DNA of 64,000 bases from Octopus sinensis (Eukaryota), in contig NC_043000.1 in the NCBI RefSeq assembly GCF_006345805.1, forward strand, positions 7,068,001 through 7,132,000, in the 5' to 3' direction. The notes below the pieces were generated by a model, which worked only from the letters and a program-made list of their open reading frames with translations, made no database searches and was not told the DNA's origin. Below are positions 50,547 to 63,894 of the stretch, one piece after another; positions within the stretch are counted from its first letter, which is position 1, and each line of letters begins with the position of its first letter. Both the position numbers and the translations under genes were made by a program.

Positions 50547-50733
50547 CTGTGGCTTTACAAACAGCTAGAGCTGCTTCATTAGCACCGGCTAAAATCTGAA
50601 TTCCAATAGGTTTCTTATTAAATACTTTCTTCACTTCATTCATTACAACAGCCATGCTAGCCACAATTTCAGGACCAACATCTTTAGAATGCAAATATGG
50701 GATGTCAAGCATGTTCTCAAGCATGATCCCATC
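50547..50733 (-). CDS. btpA: Internal exon of a BtpA/SgcQ-family gene (F13E9.13-like): DGIMLENMLDIPYLHSKDVGPEIVASMAVVMNEVKKVFNKKPIGIQILAGANEAALAVCKAT(G)
   Basis: Family motifs DGIxxENMxDxPY, VGPE and PxGIQIL..AN..ALAV. Polypyrimidine acceptor ttttcttttcttctctctcatcag| and donor ACAG|gtaatt. Length 187 nt (phase 0 in, phase 1 out). The other BtpA exons were not recognised in the window. Confidence 0.9.
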
Positions 50734-51611
50734 CTGATGAGAGAGAAGAAAAGAAAATTATTAAATAAATTAATAGCATGACCGAGTGATAAAAAATTCT
50801 TTGAACACCAATCAACACAAGGCAAGACAACATATCCAGAAATGCTTCATCTAAAGTTTCGTTTCTCTCCAAAATGTTGGCTGCTTTTTCTACTAAGTCA
50901 AGCAAACAAGAGGAAGCTCCCTCACTGGCTGAAAATTGGTGAAGTTTAGATTGTCAAGTTGGATTGAACTTTTGCATATTGTTGTCCATAGGACAAAATA
51001 TTAGCAAGGGCAGAATCCCACTTCACAGAGATGTACTGAGTCTTCTTCTGCTGAAACTATGTGATTTTGGTGAAGCACATGTGTCTCCAAGACAACAACT
51101 AATGTGTAATTATGGTACTTCTGTAAATGTGCTTAAAATTTTTGTTAATTTTGACCTTGAATCACAAGAGGTCTGGACCTACCAGACATAAGACATTTAG
51201 CATTTCACAATGCAGTATTTTGCTTGGATATTCTAAACTCCTCTAAACCCATTAAGGGATCTACTCATCTGAACTGTGCAAAGATTATGTTTATTTTACA
51301 AACTAAGGAGTAAAACTGTTTTTTTCTGAACTGAATTAACAATGTTGTCTTTGCTATCAGACTATCGACATCTCAGACGTACTGTCAAAACAAGCTTTGT
51401 GATTGATATCCTTTCTTCGTATCTTTGGGTGACATTTCTATGCAGGGTTGGGGACTGAAACTCAAACTTTATTTAACTAACTGGATCAGGCTGTTTTAAC
51501 CATTGGCCTGTTGTCCTGGAGAACAACAGTGTTACCACTTTATGGTACTTAAGCATTAGACTGAAGTAATTGTCTCCATATTTGTTTGACAAGTCAGGTC
51601 TGTGCTACCAT

Positions 51612-51987
51612 TCTATATATATAAATCTGAAGTTGTCTGTGTATGGCAGGTTTGGTAGCCTTCAACTAACACTATCTCCTCCGAGACTCTGCGGCGCAAG
51701 TTGACCAAAATTGAAAGTATGATAGAAGAAGGCTTGCTCTTCATTCCGTAGAAGATAAAATTCAAATCGGACCATGTTAAGACCAAAAATTATTTACATC
51801 AAAAAGGTGTAAAAAAATCCTTATTTTTTTCGATTTTTTGACTGCTGTGTTGCCATTTTTCGGTGTATTTCAACCAAAAAATGTTCACTTAAAGAGAATA
51901 ACAAGCTACATAATGCAAAATTTTTACTTTTCAAAAGTTCCAATTCTAAAGGGTCGAAACCTGAGCAACGCCGGGTAATACTGCTAG
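51612..51987 (+). mobile_element. Non-autonomous Helitron
   Basis: 5' TCTATATATAT start; 3' subterminal hairpin cctgagcaacgccggg then CTAG|T. Inverted homologue at 62223-62495. Confidence 0.8.
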
Positions 51988-52699
51988 TAATTGTCTAAAT
52001 TTGCATAGCATGAAGCTACTTCTATATTTTTGTATAACTATAAAGAATACCAACAATCAAAAAAAAGATCAAAGGTCCTTCCCTAGCCATAGGCTCATAA
52101 GGCCAATTTCCTAGATTCTGTGGTGCATATATCTATTCCCCATTGGATGGGATACCAGTCCATTGCAAGATTACTCATTTTTGCCAACTGAGTGAACCGA
52201 AGTGTTTTGTTCAAGAACACAACACATCTCCCAGTTCAGAAATCAAACCCACAACCTTGTGAGTATGAGTACAGCACTTTAACCACTAAGCCATAAGCTT
52301 CCACATGCCAATAGTACTGTGCAAGAATATTAAAAGTACTATCCATCTCTAGATATCTAATTTGGTTCTTTCACAACATATTTTAACCGTACTTCAAATG
52401 TTAGAAGGATTACATTTGCTCTTTTATGATGTTCCAAGAATAAATGAATGAGAAGACCTTTTTTTTTTCGGTGTCTGCTTATCACAAAGAAACAATGAAC
52501 AACTCACTGGGATTCCCCATCACAGATGAAGCAGCCCCTTGTGCTGATAAGGGAACCACAAGCTTTCTTTACAGACATCAAATGTTCGAGATATGACAGT
52601 GCTTCAGTCCATGTATGTGTAACAAACACTCACCATCAAACAGCAAGCAGTAGATTAGCAATCATTACAATTTCTTGACAATGTCCTAAGATACTTCAG

Positions 52700-54330
52700 A
52701 TAAAAGGGTTTAATCATTGATGAATTTTTTTTTGATCAACCCTAAAATATGGAGAAGTCATGTCTGTGAGAATTATGGGCTGGTTCTCTTACACTGGTAA
52801 GATTGGAGCAGTCTGGAAGAGTATGAGCTGTATGTTGAAGTCTGAACAAAAATCATGGGCATGGAAGAAATTACAGAGGGGTTTCATTATAGTTCCAAGT
52901 AAAAAGGATTAGAGAAAAGTACCAAGTGTGTGACCTAAAGAAAGGTAAAGGCACAGCCGTGTTGAAGGAAGGAACAAAGACAGTGATGGGTGTAGCAGGT
53001 TGTTTGGGGAGGATGAAGGGTTCTCAATGTTTCCAAGGGACATACGATAATGTAGTTACTGCAGAAGAAGCAGAAAAAAGAAACATCCGAGCTGTGAGCC
53101 CACTAATGGTTGTGGTATGTTGGTAAGTCTTTGTTAATCAGTGAATGGTATTTTTGTGAATGCAGTCTAGAAGGTTTGGGTGTGTGTAGTAAGAGCACTA
53201 TTCCAGATATGTGAGTACACGAATGTGGGTCAGACTTGAGTTTTGAAGAAGGTCAGCAACTAATTAGAGCTGAAATATTTTTTGGCTCTGAAGAGGAAGT
53301 CTAGTCTTTGGGATGCACATTGCACATTTAGTAATGTTTTATACACACATAGATGCATCTATGTATGTGTGTGTGTGTTTGTGTGCATGCATGTATGCAC
53401 ATGTATGTGTATGTATGTATACGTGTGTACATTTGTATGTATATATATATATGTATATATGTGTGTGTGTGTATGCATGTGTGTATATGTGTATGAATGA
53501 TGTACATATGTATACACACATTTATGAAGCCACCATAGAAACAGCTACAGCCTGTGGGGCCAAGTATTTGAGGTAACTTTGAGGGTAATAGTTTTGTGTT
53601 GTTCACGGATAGATGGAATACTGTAGAAAGAAGTGATAAGTGCAGTAATTATATCTTCGTTCAATTGAAGGAGATTAGGTTATCCTGACCCCCTGGGATA
53701 TTTTTGATGCCTGTTCACAGAAACACTTCATATCTGGCAAGATGTGTCATGTGGTGGTGCTTCTATGAGGAAGTTTATAGAGGTTAGAGAAGTGTGGTAT
53801 CACAAGAACATGTGCTGTTAAGAAATGATAACAAGCAAATCAGTTATGTAGAGAAGGACAAGTATCTTGTGACTTGTTGAAGGTCATCTTGTCCCAGAGT
53901 TGATGTATGATGGGTTGGAGAAAGCCCTGTGAATACCGTTGCAACGAAGAAGTCTGGCACAAAAGTCTGCACAAGAGATGAGAAAGAGGTAGGGAACAAA
54001 GAGAAACATGTTGGCAAAGGCTTTGTTGATATCAAGAGCAACAACATTGCTTTTGCTAAAGTTCTTCAGGACAAGAGGTCACAAGAGTACCAATGTCAGA
54101 GAACAAGTCTCTTGTAAATTTGGTTCAATGGAAACTATAGTAATTGTCACTTAGAAAGAATGGAAACTCAACATGATGGACAAGGTGGTGTTTTTTGTTT
54201 CTTTTTTGCTTTTGTACAGTTGTTTGCTTTATCTTTAAGATTGTGAAAGTAAAAGCAATGGTGGGAGGAGTAAATGGAAAGGTCAAAGCAACTGACCTTC
54301 TTGGGAGTAGAACAAGGTTGCATAGGTACC
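52700..54330 (-). mobile_element. Highly decayed Jockey/CR1-group LINE RT remnant, interrupted by microsatellites
   Basis: NVVALDINKAFANM (ALDISKAFD motif) at about 54020-54060 and GQDNLISFN.TK at about 53660-53700. Confidence 0.55.
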
Positions 54331-54345
54331 TAGAGAGAGAGAGAG

Positions 54346-54402
<57 letters not shown>

Positions 54403-54589
54403 AAGAGAGAGAGAGAGAGAGAGACTGAAGAGTTTTGTAAGGATAGAAGCTATACATATATATCTCACAATTTTACATCTATACATATACAAGTTTGTGT
54501 GAGTGTGTGTAAAATTACCAAATCATGATATTTTGAAATCATTTAATATGTACGTCTCAGGTTTGCACAATATATAGTAAGAAATGCAT

Positions 54590-54975
54590 CCATTTCATGG
54601 CTTCTGTGCCGGTGGCATGTAAAAAGCACCATCCGATCGTGGCCATTTGCCAGCCTTGTCTGGCACCTGTGCCGGTGGCACGTAAAAGGCACCATCCAAC
54701 CGGCCATTTGCCAGCCTCGTCTGGCCCCCGTGCCGGTGGCACGTAAAAAGCACCATCCAACCGTGGCCATTTGCCAGCCTCGTCTGGCCCCCGTGCTAGT
54801 GGCACGTAAAAAGCACCCACTACACTCTCAGAGTGGTTGGCATTAGGAAGGGCATCCAGCTGTAGAAACATTGCCAGATCAGACTGGGTCTGGTGCAGCC
54901 TTCTGGCTTCCCAGACCCCAGTTGAACCGCCCAACCCATGCCAGCATGTAAAGCGGACGCTAAATGATGATGATG
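54590..54975 (+). mobile_element. RTE LINE 3'UTR fragment
   Basis: About 4 tandem ~58-nt units, the gttaggaagggcatccagctgtag-type motif and a (GAT)n tail. Confidence 0.9.
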
Positions 54976-55331
54976 TAGTTAGAGTAGTAAGTCAGCTGGT
55001 TGAGCTAAGAGAACAGACATGTATATAGAGGGGGAGAAAGAAAAGAAGAGAGACAGAGAGAGAGACAGAGAGAGAGAGTTTGTTATATTTGACTTGAGTT
55101 GAAAATTCTGGTGCCATGCACAACACATAGCATAATACGTGTGTGTGTGTATGTGTGTGTGTGTGTGTGTGCATGGGGCAGACAAAATTTGTTGAGGTGA
55201 ATTCTCTACAACTGGAAACAAACATCATTGCTTGTCTGATAGTGAAGCTTGTTAACAACCATCACATGATGAGAAGACAAGGGTACACACACGTATGTGT
55301 ATGTATGTGTATATATGTATATATATATATG

Positions 55332-55418
<87 letters not shown>

Positions 55419-55846
55419 TATGTAGGTTAAAGTAGTGAGGAAAGGCAAACAATTAGTTGAGGCAGGACAAATTTGATTTTATCTGATTCAATCTAAAAAT
55501 TTAGCAACATAATGCATGGTAAAAATAGTACAAACTGGTAAAGATAGTCTCTGACAACTGTTTCTGGGATATCCCAGCTACTGGAACCTCATATCGAGCA
55601 AAGACCCTATAAGTCAGGTATTCCGTCATTGGAGAAATACAGGCTGGACAGTGGAAGAATGCTTCTTATCAATATTTACTGTGGTTTATTATGTCCAGGA
55701 GGGGGGGGGGGTCCAATTAAATCCAGTTGGATTGGGTCTTCTTTAGGTAAATCCATGATCAGAAAGAGTGGTCAAGCAGTACATCAAGAAGGAAAGAATT
55801 GTTATGCAGCATTCTTTGAGTCATCTTGACCTACATTCCTCATATT

Positions 55847-58541
55847 CATCATCATCATCATCATCACCATTTAGCGTCCGTTTTCCATGCTAGCATGGGT
55901 TGGACAGTTCAACTGGGGTCTGGGAAGCCAGAAGGCTGCACCAGGCCCAGTCTGATCTGGCAATGTTTCTACAGCTGGATGCCCTTCCTAACGCCAACCA
56001 CTCCGTGAGTGTAGTGGGTGCTTTTTACGCGCCACCCGCACAGGTGCCAGACGTAGCTGGCAAATGGACACGGTTGGATGGTGCTTTTTACGTGCCACCG
56101 GCACGGGGTCCAGGCGAGGCTGGCAACGGACACGAGCGGATGGTGCATTTACATGCCATCGGCACGAGGCCAATCGGGGCAAGGCTGGCAACGGTCACGA
56201 ACGGATGGTTCTCTTACGTGCCACCGGCACTGGTATCTCAGCTGCAATTTCCATTGATCGATTTCGATTCTGATCCTCACTTGCCTCAACAGGTCTTCAC
56301 AAGTAGAGTTTTGTGTCCCAAGAAGGGAAGGTATGCATACGTAGGCTGGCTCCATCCCCTGTAGAAGACCACGGGTTATGGTCTCACTGGTCCTGCCGGG
56401 TCTTCTCGCGCACAGCATACTTCCAGAGGTCTCGGTCTCTAGTCATTTCCTCAGTGAGACCTAAAGTTCGAAGGTCGTGCTTCACCACCTCGTCCCAGGT
56501 TTTCCTGGGTCTGCCTCTTCCGCAGGTTCCCTCAACCGCTAGAGTGTGGCACTTTTTCACACAACTATCTTCATCCAGTCTCGCCACATGCCCATACCAG
56601 CGCAAACGTCTTTCTTGCACACCATAACTGATGCTTCTTAGGTCCAGCTTTTCTCTCAAAGTACTTACACTCTGTCGAGTATGAGTACTGACATTACACA
56701 TCCATCGGAGCATACTGGCTTCATTTCTTGCGAGCTTACGCATATCCTCAGCAGTCACGGCCCATGTTTCACTGCCATGTAGCATGGCTGTTCGTACACA
56801 CGCATCATACAGTCTGCCTTTTACTCTGTGCGAGAGGCCTTTTGTCACCAGCAGAGGTAAGAGCTCTCTGAACTTTGCCCAAGCTATTCTTACTCTAGCA
56901 GTTACACTTTCAGCACACCCGCCCCTGCTGCTGACTTGGTCACCTAGGTAACGGAAGCTATCAACTACTTCTAGTTTTTCTCCCTGGAAAGTGACAGAAG
57001 TTGGTCTCAGAGCATTTTCAGTGTTTATTGTTCCTGAGCATCTGCCACATACAAAAACCATCTTCCTAGTTAGCCTTCCTTTGACATTGCTGCACCTCTT
57101 ATGTGTCCATAGCTTACACTTGGTGCATCTTATAGAGTTTCTACCTACACCTTTTCTACAGATCGAGCAGGGCCAGCTACCTGAAGGCGTTTCTGATTTG
57201 TCTACCTTCCTACTGATTATGACTTTGGTTTTGGCTAGGTTGATTCTAAGGCCCTTCGATTCTAATCCTTGTTTCTACACCTGAAACTTCTCCTCCAGTT
57301 CTGATAGTGACTCAGCAATTAGAGCAAGGTCATCAGCATAGAGGAGCTCCCAAGGGCATCCTGTCTTGAATTCCTCCGTTATTGCCTGGAGGACTATGAT
57401 AAATAGGAGGGGGCTGAGGACTGAGCCTTGGTGGACCCCTACCTCTACCCGGAATTCTTCACTGTACTCGTTGCCAACCCTCACCTTACTAGCAGCGTGC
57501 CAGTACATGGCTCGCACAGCTCTCACTAACCATTCATCTATCCCTAGTTTCCTCATTGACCACCAGATAAGGGATCGGGGGACCCTGTCGAAGGCTTTCT
57601 CCATGTCAACAAAAGCCAGGTACAGGGGCTTATCTTTGGCTAGGTATTTCTCCTGCAGCTGCCTTACCAGGAATATAGCATCAGTGGTACTTTTCCCTGG
57701 CACGAACCCAAACTGCATCTCATCTAAACTAACTCTCTCTCTAATTAGTTGGGCTATGACCCTCTCCGTAACCTTCATCACCTGATCCAACAGCTTGATA
57801 CCTCTGTAATTATTTGTATCTAGGGTGTCACCTTTACCTTTGTAGCAGTTGACTATTATGCTGCTACACCAGTCATTAGGTATGACTCCTTCATGTATCA
57901 CCTGGTTAACTATACGGGTGACTAGGCTATAGCTGACACTACCAGACATTTTGAGCATCTCTGCAGTAATTCCTGATGGGCCTGGGGCTTTCCCTGTCTT
58001 CATGCTTCTAATTGCCTTAACTACCAAGGAACTATCAACTCGGATAGCTGGTCCCTCTGTTGGGTCAACATTCGGCAGACTCTCTTTATCCCATTCATTT
58101 TCTTTATTCAGCAACCTTTCATAGTGGCGTCTCCAAACCTCTCTCTTTGCATCCTCATTTAGCGCAAGTGAACCATCATCCATGCGAACACATTTCCCTC
58201 CTACCACATCACAATTCTCTCTCACACACTGTCTTGCAACATGAAACATCTCCAGTCTTTGGTCCTCACGGCGCAGAACATTGGCAAATTTTTTCTTATC
58301 CGCGTTCCCCTCTGGCTAAATAAACCTGTCTCTTAGCTTCTCTTTTGGCAGTCTGATACAATTCTCTGCTACCCCCATTTTTCCAGTCCTTCCAAGCCTG
58401 TCTCTTTTCTCTAATAGCCCTGTCTACAACTTTGTACCACCACTACGTTATTCTAGGTCGAGAGGGGACTTTGCACCAGCCACAGATCTGGTCAGTGGCT
58501 CTCAGCAGGTTGTCCCTTAGAAACGTCCAGTTGTCTTCTAC
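55847..58541 (-). mobile_element. RTE-clade LINE, 5'-truncated; RT ORF 56384-58300 nearly intact
   Basis: ORFs 57275-58249 and 56384-57061 are in the same frame, separated by one TGG>TAG stop. A 1-nt insertion lies near 58305. YADD motif present; (GAT)n tail at about 55847. Confidence 0.95.
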
Positions 58542-58573
58542 CCCCTGTGATGCTCTATCCCCTTCTACTTCTC

Positions 58574-58642
<69 letters not shown>

Positions 58643-59064
58643 GTATATATACATATATACACACACACACACATGGAAAACTTCTTGATTCCATCTACCA
58701 AATTCACTCATAACAAGCCTTTCGTCAGTCCAGGTCTAAAAGTCCAGATAGAAGACACTTGCCTAAGGTGCCATGCAGTGGGACTGACCTGAAACCACAT
58801 AATTGGGAAACAAACTCCACCACATAGTCACACCTGTACGTATGTATACACACACACACACACACATACACACACACATGGATATACATATCTGTATATA
58901 TACATAGGTAATTTCTACATGCTAGAAGTCAAAACGACCAAAACCACATTTTAAGAGCAATTTTTGAAGGGAATGAAAAATAAAAACTTTTACTTTTTAT
59001 TTTTTACAGTCATACCCAGGTTTCAGATTATTTTAGCAAATAAAATAATTTGCCAGGCGATATA

Positions 59065-59335
59065 ATTATTAAGTAAGAAAATGGAGATATTTAATGGATA
59101 TAAATTAATTAATTAATTACCATTGCCTACAATTGTTCCAATTCAGACTCAATATAAATTACAAAACAGACTTTTGATGATATTTCGCTCAATTTGCAAA
59201 ATGCAAACTTATTTTATTATAAATGTTTCATAATTTGTATTGGGTGTGAATTGAAACAATTGCAGGCAATGATAATTAATTAATTAATTAATTAATTTAT
59301 ATCTATGAAATCTCTCCATTTTCTTACTTAGTAAT
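59065..59335. mobile_element. AT-rich MITE-like inverted repeat (~95-bp arms)
   Basis: 59065-59160 is an imperfect reverse complement of 59230-59335 and includes (TAAT)n. Confidence 0.6.
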
Positions 59336-59511
59336 ATTTGATGTATTTGATATCTATAATATATTTATTGAAGAGATCACTTCACACTATAATATATTAA
59401 ACAAGCATAACTTAGATGGAAACATCCCGATAAGAAGTTTATATATCCTCATAGTGACTATATATATACATATACATGTATATATATACATATATATGTA
59501 TATATACATAT

Positions 59512-59611
<100 letters not shown>

Positions 59612-59612
59612 C

Positions 59613-59644
<32 letters not shown>

Positions 59645-59656
59645 GTATATATATGT

Positions 59657-59693
<37 letters not shown>

Positions 59694-60126
59694 ATATATA
59701 TATATTTGTGTGTGAGTGTGTGAGGCAGTTCATTCCTGATAGTTTGATTTGGTATGTCGAATCATTCAGTCATTCTTTCAATGTTTTTCTTTTTTTTCTT
59801 TCCCAAGGGTCTTTTTGTTACAGCCCCAAAATATTTATAATTGTTTGTAAAGATTTGTAAAAGCCTTTTGTGATATACTCAATTAAGGTGAATTAAAATG
59901 TATAAACTGATAGATTTATGTGTGTCTAATAGTCCACGTATATGAATTACACAACACACACACACACGTATCAAAAGAAGAATCTGGAAAATTTTGGGGT
60001 AATATTTATTCACCATTACACATATTTCATTTGCTAATAGGAATCACAGAATTGCACATGTTGGGTAAACATGTACGAAATTTCCTATTAGAAATTCTTC
60101 AGACAAACAATATATATGTATATGTA

Positions 60127-60320
60127 TATACTTTATTTAAAGCAGCAGAAAATTCAACAAAACCTGTTACTCTGAGTTTCGCGTTGCTGTTCATTGGACA
60201 GTTTTTGCTAGAACAGAACCGATATCGGTTCTATTCTAGCAAAAACTGTCTGATGAACGGCAACGCGAAACTCAGAGTAACAGGTTTTGTTGAATTTTCT
60301 GCTGCATTAAATAAAGCATA
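60127..60320. repeat. 194-bp loopless palindrome centred on GATATC (60221-60226), Penelope-like origin
   Basis: Arms are near-perfect reverse complements; the left arm abuts a (TA)-rich microsatellite. Confidence 0.9.
60241..60289 (+). ncRNA. Type I minimal hammerhead ribozyme motif (GUA triplet)
   Basis: AAAAACUGU-CUGAUGA-ACG-GCAA-CGC-GAA-ACUCAGAGU-A-ACAG-GUUUU. Core intact; A10.1-C11.1 mismatch. Confidence 0.65.
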
Positions 60321-61339
60321 TTACTCTACCACTGGTATTCGAGTACTCTTTTTTCCACCTTGTTTCACATTTATGTGTTTACTCCGGTGTATATGTATAT
60401 ATATATATAAAGTTAATCCAAACATGAAAACACAAAGAGAAAACACAATAACGCGAGGATGTGGAACAAGTATAGTATTATTGGATGCTGAGGAAAGAAG
60501 GAAAGAAGGAGGGTTTAACATTTTGAGCAGAGCTCTTCGCAGAAACATAGGAAAAGGGAAGATCCAAAGAAGGGAAGATGAAGGAAAAAAAATCACCAAC
60601 AGTACACACGCGGTACTTCCCAGCCACATGGTCCCAGGCTCAGTCCAACTGCATAGCATCTCCAGCAAGTGTCATTTACTACAACCAACCTCAGACCAAT
60701 CAAAGTGTATTTAGTAGATGGAAACTGTAAAAAGCCCATCACACACATATGTATGTGTGTTTGCCTTTGTGTTAGTGTTTGCCCCCTGCACCACTGGCGT
60801 CAACTGGTGTTGAAGTGTTTATGCCTCTCTAACTTAGCAGTCTCATAGAAGGCATTGACAGAATAAATATCGATCTTTAAAAAAAAATCGAAAGTATGAG
60901 GGTTAATTCATTCGGCTAAAATTCTTCGAGGTGGTGCCCCAGCATGGCCATAATCTAATGACTGAAGATAATACATAAAGACACATCACGAAATTAAATG
61001 ATGATAATGATACACACACACCCACACACATTCATACTCATACATGTATACATGTATATATGAGTGTGTGTGTGTGTGTGCATGATTTTGTATGGAGGTA
61101 CATGCATGTGTGTATTATCATATCATAATGCGCAGTGAGCTTACCACATTAGCCAGATCAGTAAAGGAATTTGTGTATGACTCGCACTTCATAGATGAGT
61201 GCTTACCTGTGGAATTACATCTCAAGAACCCTACTGAGTAAATTACACACTCCAGTTCATTTGTTAATGTCAACATTTACACAAGATTCCACCAGTGAAC
61301 AAAAGTGTATCTTCTATTAAATAAGAGTAACTAAACGTC

Positions 61340-61800
<461 letters not shown>

Positions 61801-62222
61801 TAGACGTGATTAAGCTGAAACTTACAAGTCACTGTCAACCTTGAAACTTGGAAAAATAAAATATCTGTCTGTCTGTCTGTTTGTATCATTGTTGTTGGTG
61901 TCAGCGTCATCCTGAACATGGTTCAATGTTCATCATCCATACTGGCATGGGTTGGATGGTTTGACAGGATCTGACAAGTCTGAGGCCCGTAACATGCCCT
62001 GAAGTCTGCTTTGACATCGTTCCTATAGTTAGATGCCTTCCAACCACATTAACCCTTTCATTACCAACCTGGCTGAAACTGGCTCAGGCTCTGGAGTACA
62101 AATGTCTTGTTTTCATAAGTTTTGAATTAAAATTTTCCACCAAACTTTAGTCACAATTTATGTTCCTAACACTAGCTTAATGATAACTAAGTTATTTTAC
62201 TAAATTCTTTGTTATACTTAAA

Positions 62223-62495
62223 ACTAGCAGTATCGCCCAGCGTTGCTCGGGTTTGTTTCGACACTTTAGAATTGGAATTTTTGAAAAGTAAACATTTTGC
62301 ATTATGTAGCTTGTTATTCTCTTTAAGTGAACATTTTTCTGGTTGAAATACACCGAAAAATGGCGACACAGCAGTTTAAAAAATCGTAAAAAATAGGGAT
62401 TTTCATAGAAAAAAAAGCACCTTTTTTATGTAAATAATTTTTGGTGTTAACATGCTCCGATTTGAATTTTTTCTTCTACTGAAGGAAGAGCAAGT
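62223..62495 (-). mobile_element. Non-autonomous Helitron, 3' part (same family as 51612-51987)
   Basis: Reverse complement of 51730-51987, including a|CTAG and cccagcgttgctcggg. Confidence 0.8.
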
Positions 62496-62496
62496 G

Positions 62497-62790
62497 GACA
62501 TTTTAACCCAACCCTCAGCAAAACACAAATACGTCACATAAAAAGACAGGCTTGTGGATACATTCCAGCTGAGTGACCAGGAAGTGGCAGCCAAGATACA
62601 GGAGGAAGAATTAGGCAATTCTAAGCCTCTGAAGTTGATGGACAAGGTGTTGGCACCAGTTCCCCCCAGTGAGTCACCTTCCTTTTTGTTTAAGGAAATA
62701 TTCCTCCATAAATTATCACCCCAGGTCCAGGCCCTCATAACTCAGACCAAGATCAAGGACCTGTATCAGTTAGCGAAAGCAGCAGACTAA
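62497..62790 (+). mobile_element. Ty3/Gypsy LTR retrotransposon gag fragment
   Basis: KDRLVDTFQLSDQEVAAKIQEEELGNSKPLKLMDKVLAPVPP...FLFKEIFLHKLSPQVQALI...DLYQLAKAAD resembles Gypsy gag (LGDxKPSxLM motif). Confidence 0.75.
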
Positions 62791-63842
62791 CATTTTTTTT
62801 ATCCAGTGGTGGTATGGTCAATGCCATAGGGTCAGCTTCGAGACATGGAAGACAACCTGTGCTTCTACCTTGCTATTAATGGCCCCGTCCATGTAGCTCA
62901 ACCGCCAAACAGGGCCACCCCAAGCAGATCATACCAACCCTTAGCAAGGAACAGTCACTAAAGAGCCAAGTAACCACATGCACAGGCAGGACAGTTAAAA
63001 CATCTTCCTGGTTTCAATGACAGTCAACAGTTCTGGTGGTGAGCTATATGCAGGGCACTGCTGAAGGATTTATGATGGACAAACTTGATGCAGACTGGCT
63101 GGAGAGTTGGTCTGCAGCAAAGCTGACTTCTGGTTAAGTGGGTTTTCTACAAAGCAAGTGTTGACTGGTGGCTGTTACCTTCATGTCTTTAACTAAATAA
63201 ATCTTTCACAAACACATTCTGAGTCTCTGTTAATTTTTTTTTGTGTGTGTATAGCTTAAGTAAAGCTATTCTAACTTCATTTCTTTCTAAACTTTGCAAG
63301 TCCCCAGCATCCAAAGTCATGTCTTACTACTATGCAACACTGCATTTGGCATGCTCACATCATACAACTTGTCCTTCACTCCGGGAGAAAGATCCTTTGT
63401 TTCCATAGAGGCAGTAGGTCCATGTTCTTACTCCAGCTACTAAGCTTTCAGAGCACTTCTCTGCCACCACTTAGGTTGCCAAGGTAACAAAATCAACAGA
63501 CTACATCTAGAGAGCCTTCAGAACCATTCAGAGAATCAATTTCCTGGTAGCTCTTAGTATTAAATGCTCCTATACACCTGCTGCATATGAGGGCTTTGAT
63601 GAGGATGGTGATAGGGGGGATAGGAAGTAAATGGGTCTCAAACCAATGAGCAGCTAGAGGTTAAGTGGAAGAGATAAAGGTAACAGGAAAGTGAATTGTA
63701 GGGATATGAGAGTGTGCCAAAGTGCAAGGGAAGCAGCAACAGTAAATTAGGTGGTAAATATACCTATGCACACAGACACACGCATGCGCATGCACGTGCA
63801 CACACACACTATCACATATCCATATGCATGTGTGCGTGCATG

Positions 63843-63894
<52 letters not shown>

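Noticed and set aside
50717-50920. ORF LLDLVEKAANILERNETLDEAFLDM upstream of the BtpA exon
   Set aside because: It is out of frame with the BtpA exon, runs through its polypyrimidine tract and has no good donor; treated as intron.
55900-56364. Recurrent ORFs such as MDGSTGVWEARRLHQAQSDLAMFLQLDALPNANHS
   Set aside because: They are antisense or off-frame readings of the RTE 3'UTR; the recurrence reflects repeat copies.
59920-60714. 264-aa ORF
   Set aside because: It runs through microsatellite, the palindrome, a Penelope-like remnant and a SINE head; no coherent protein signature.
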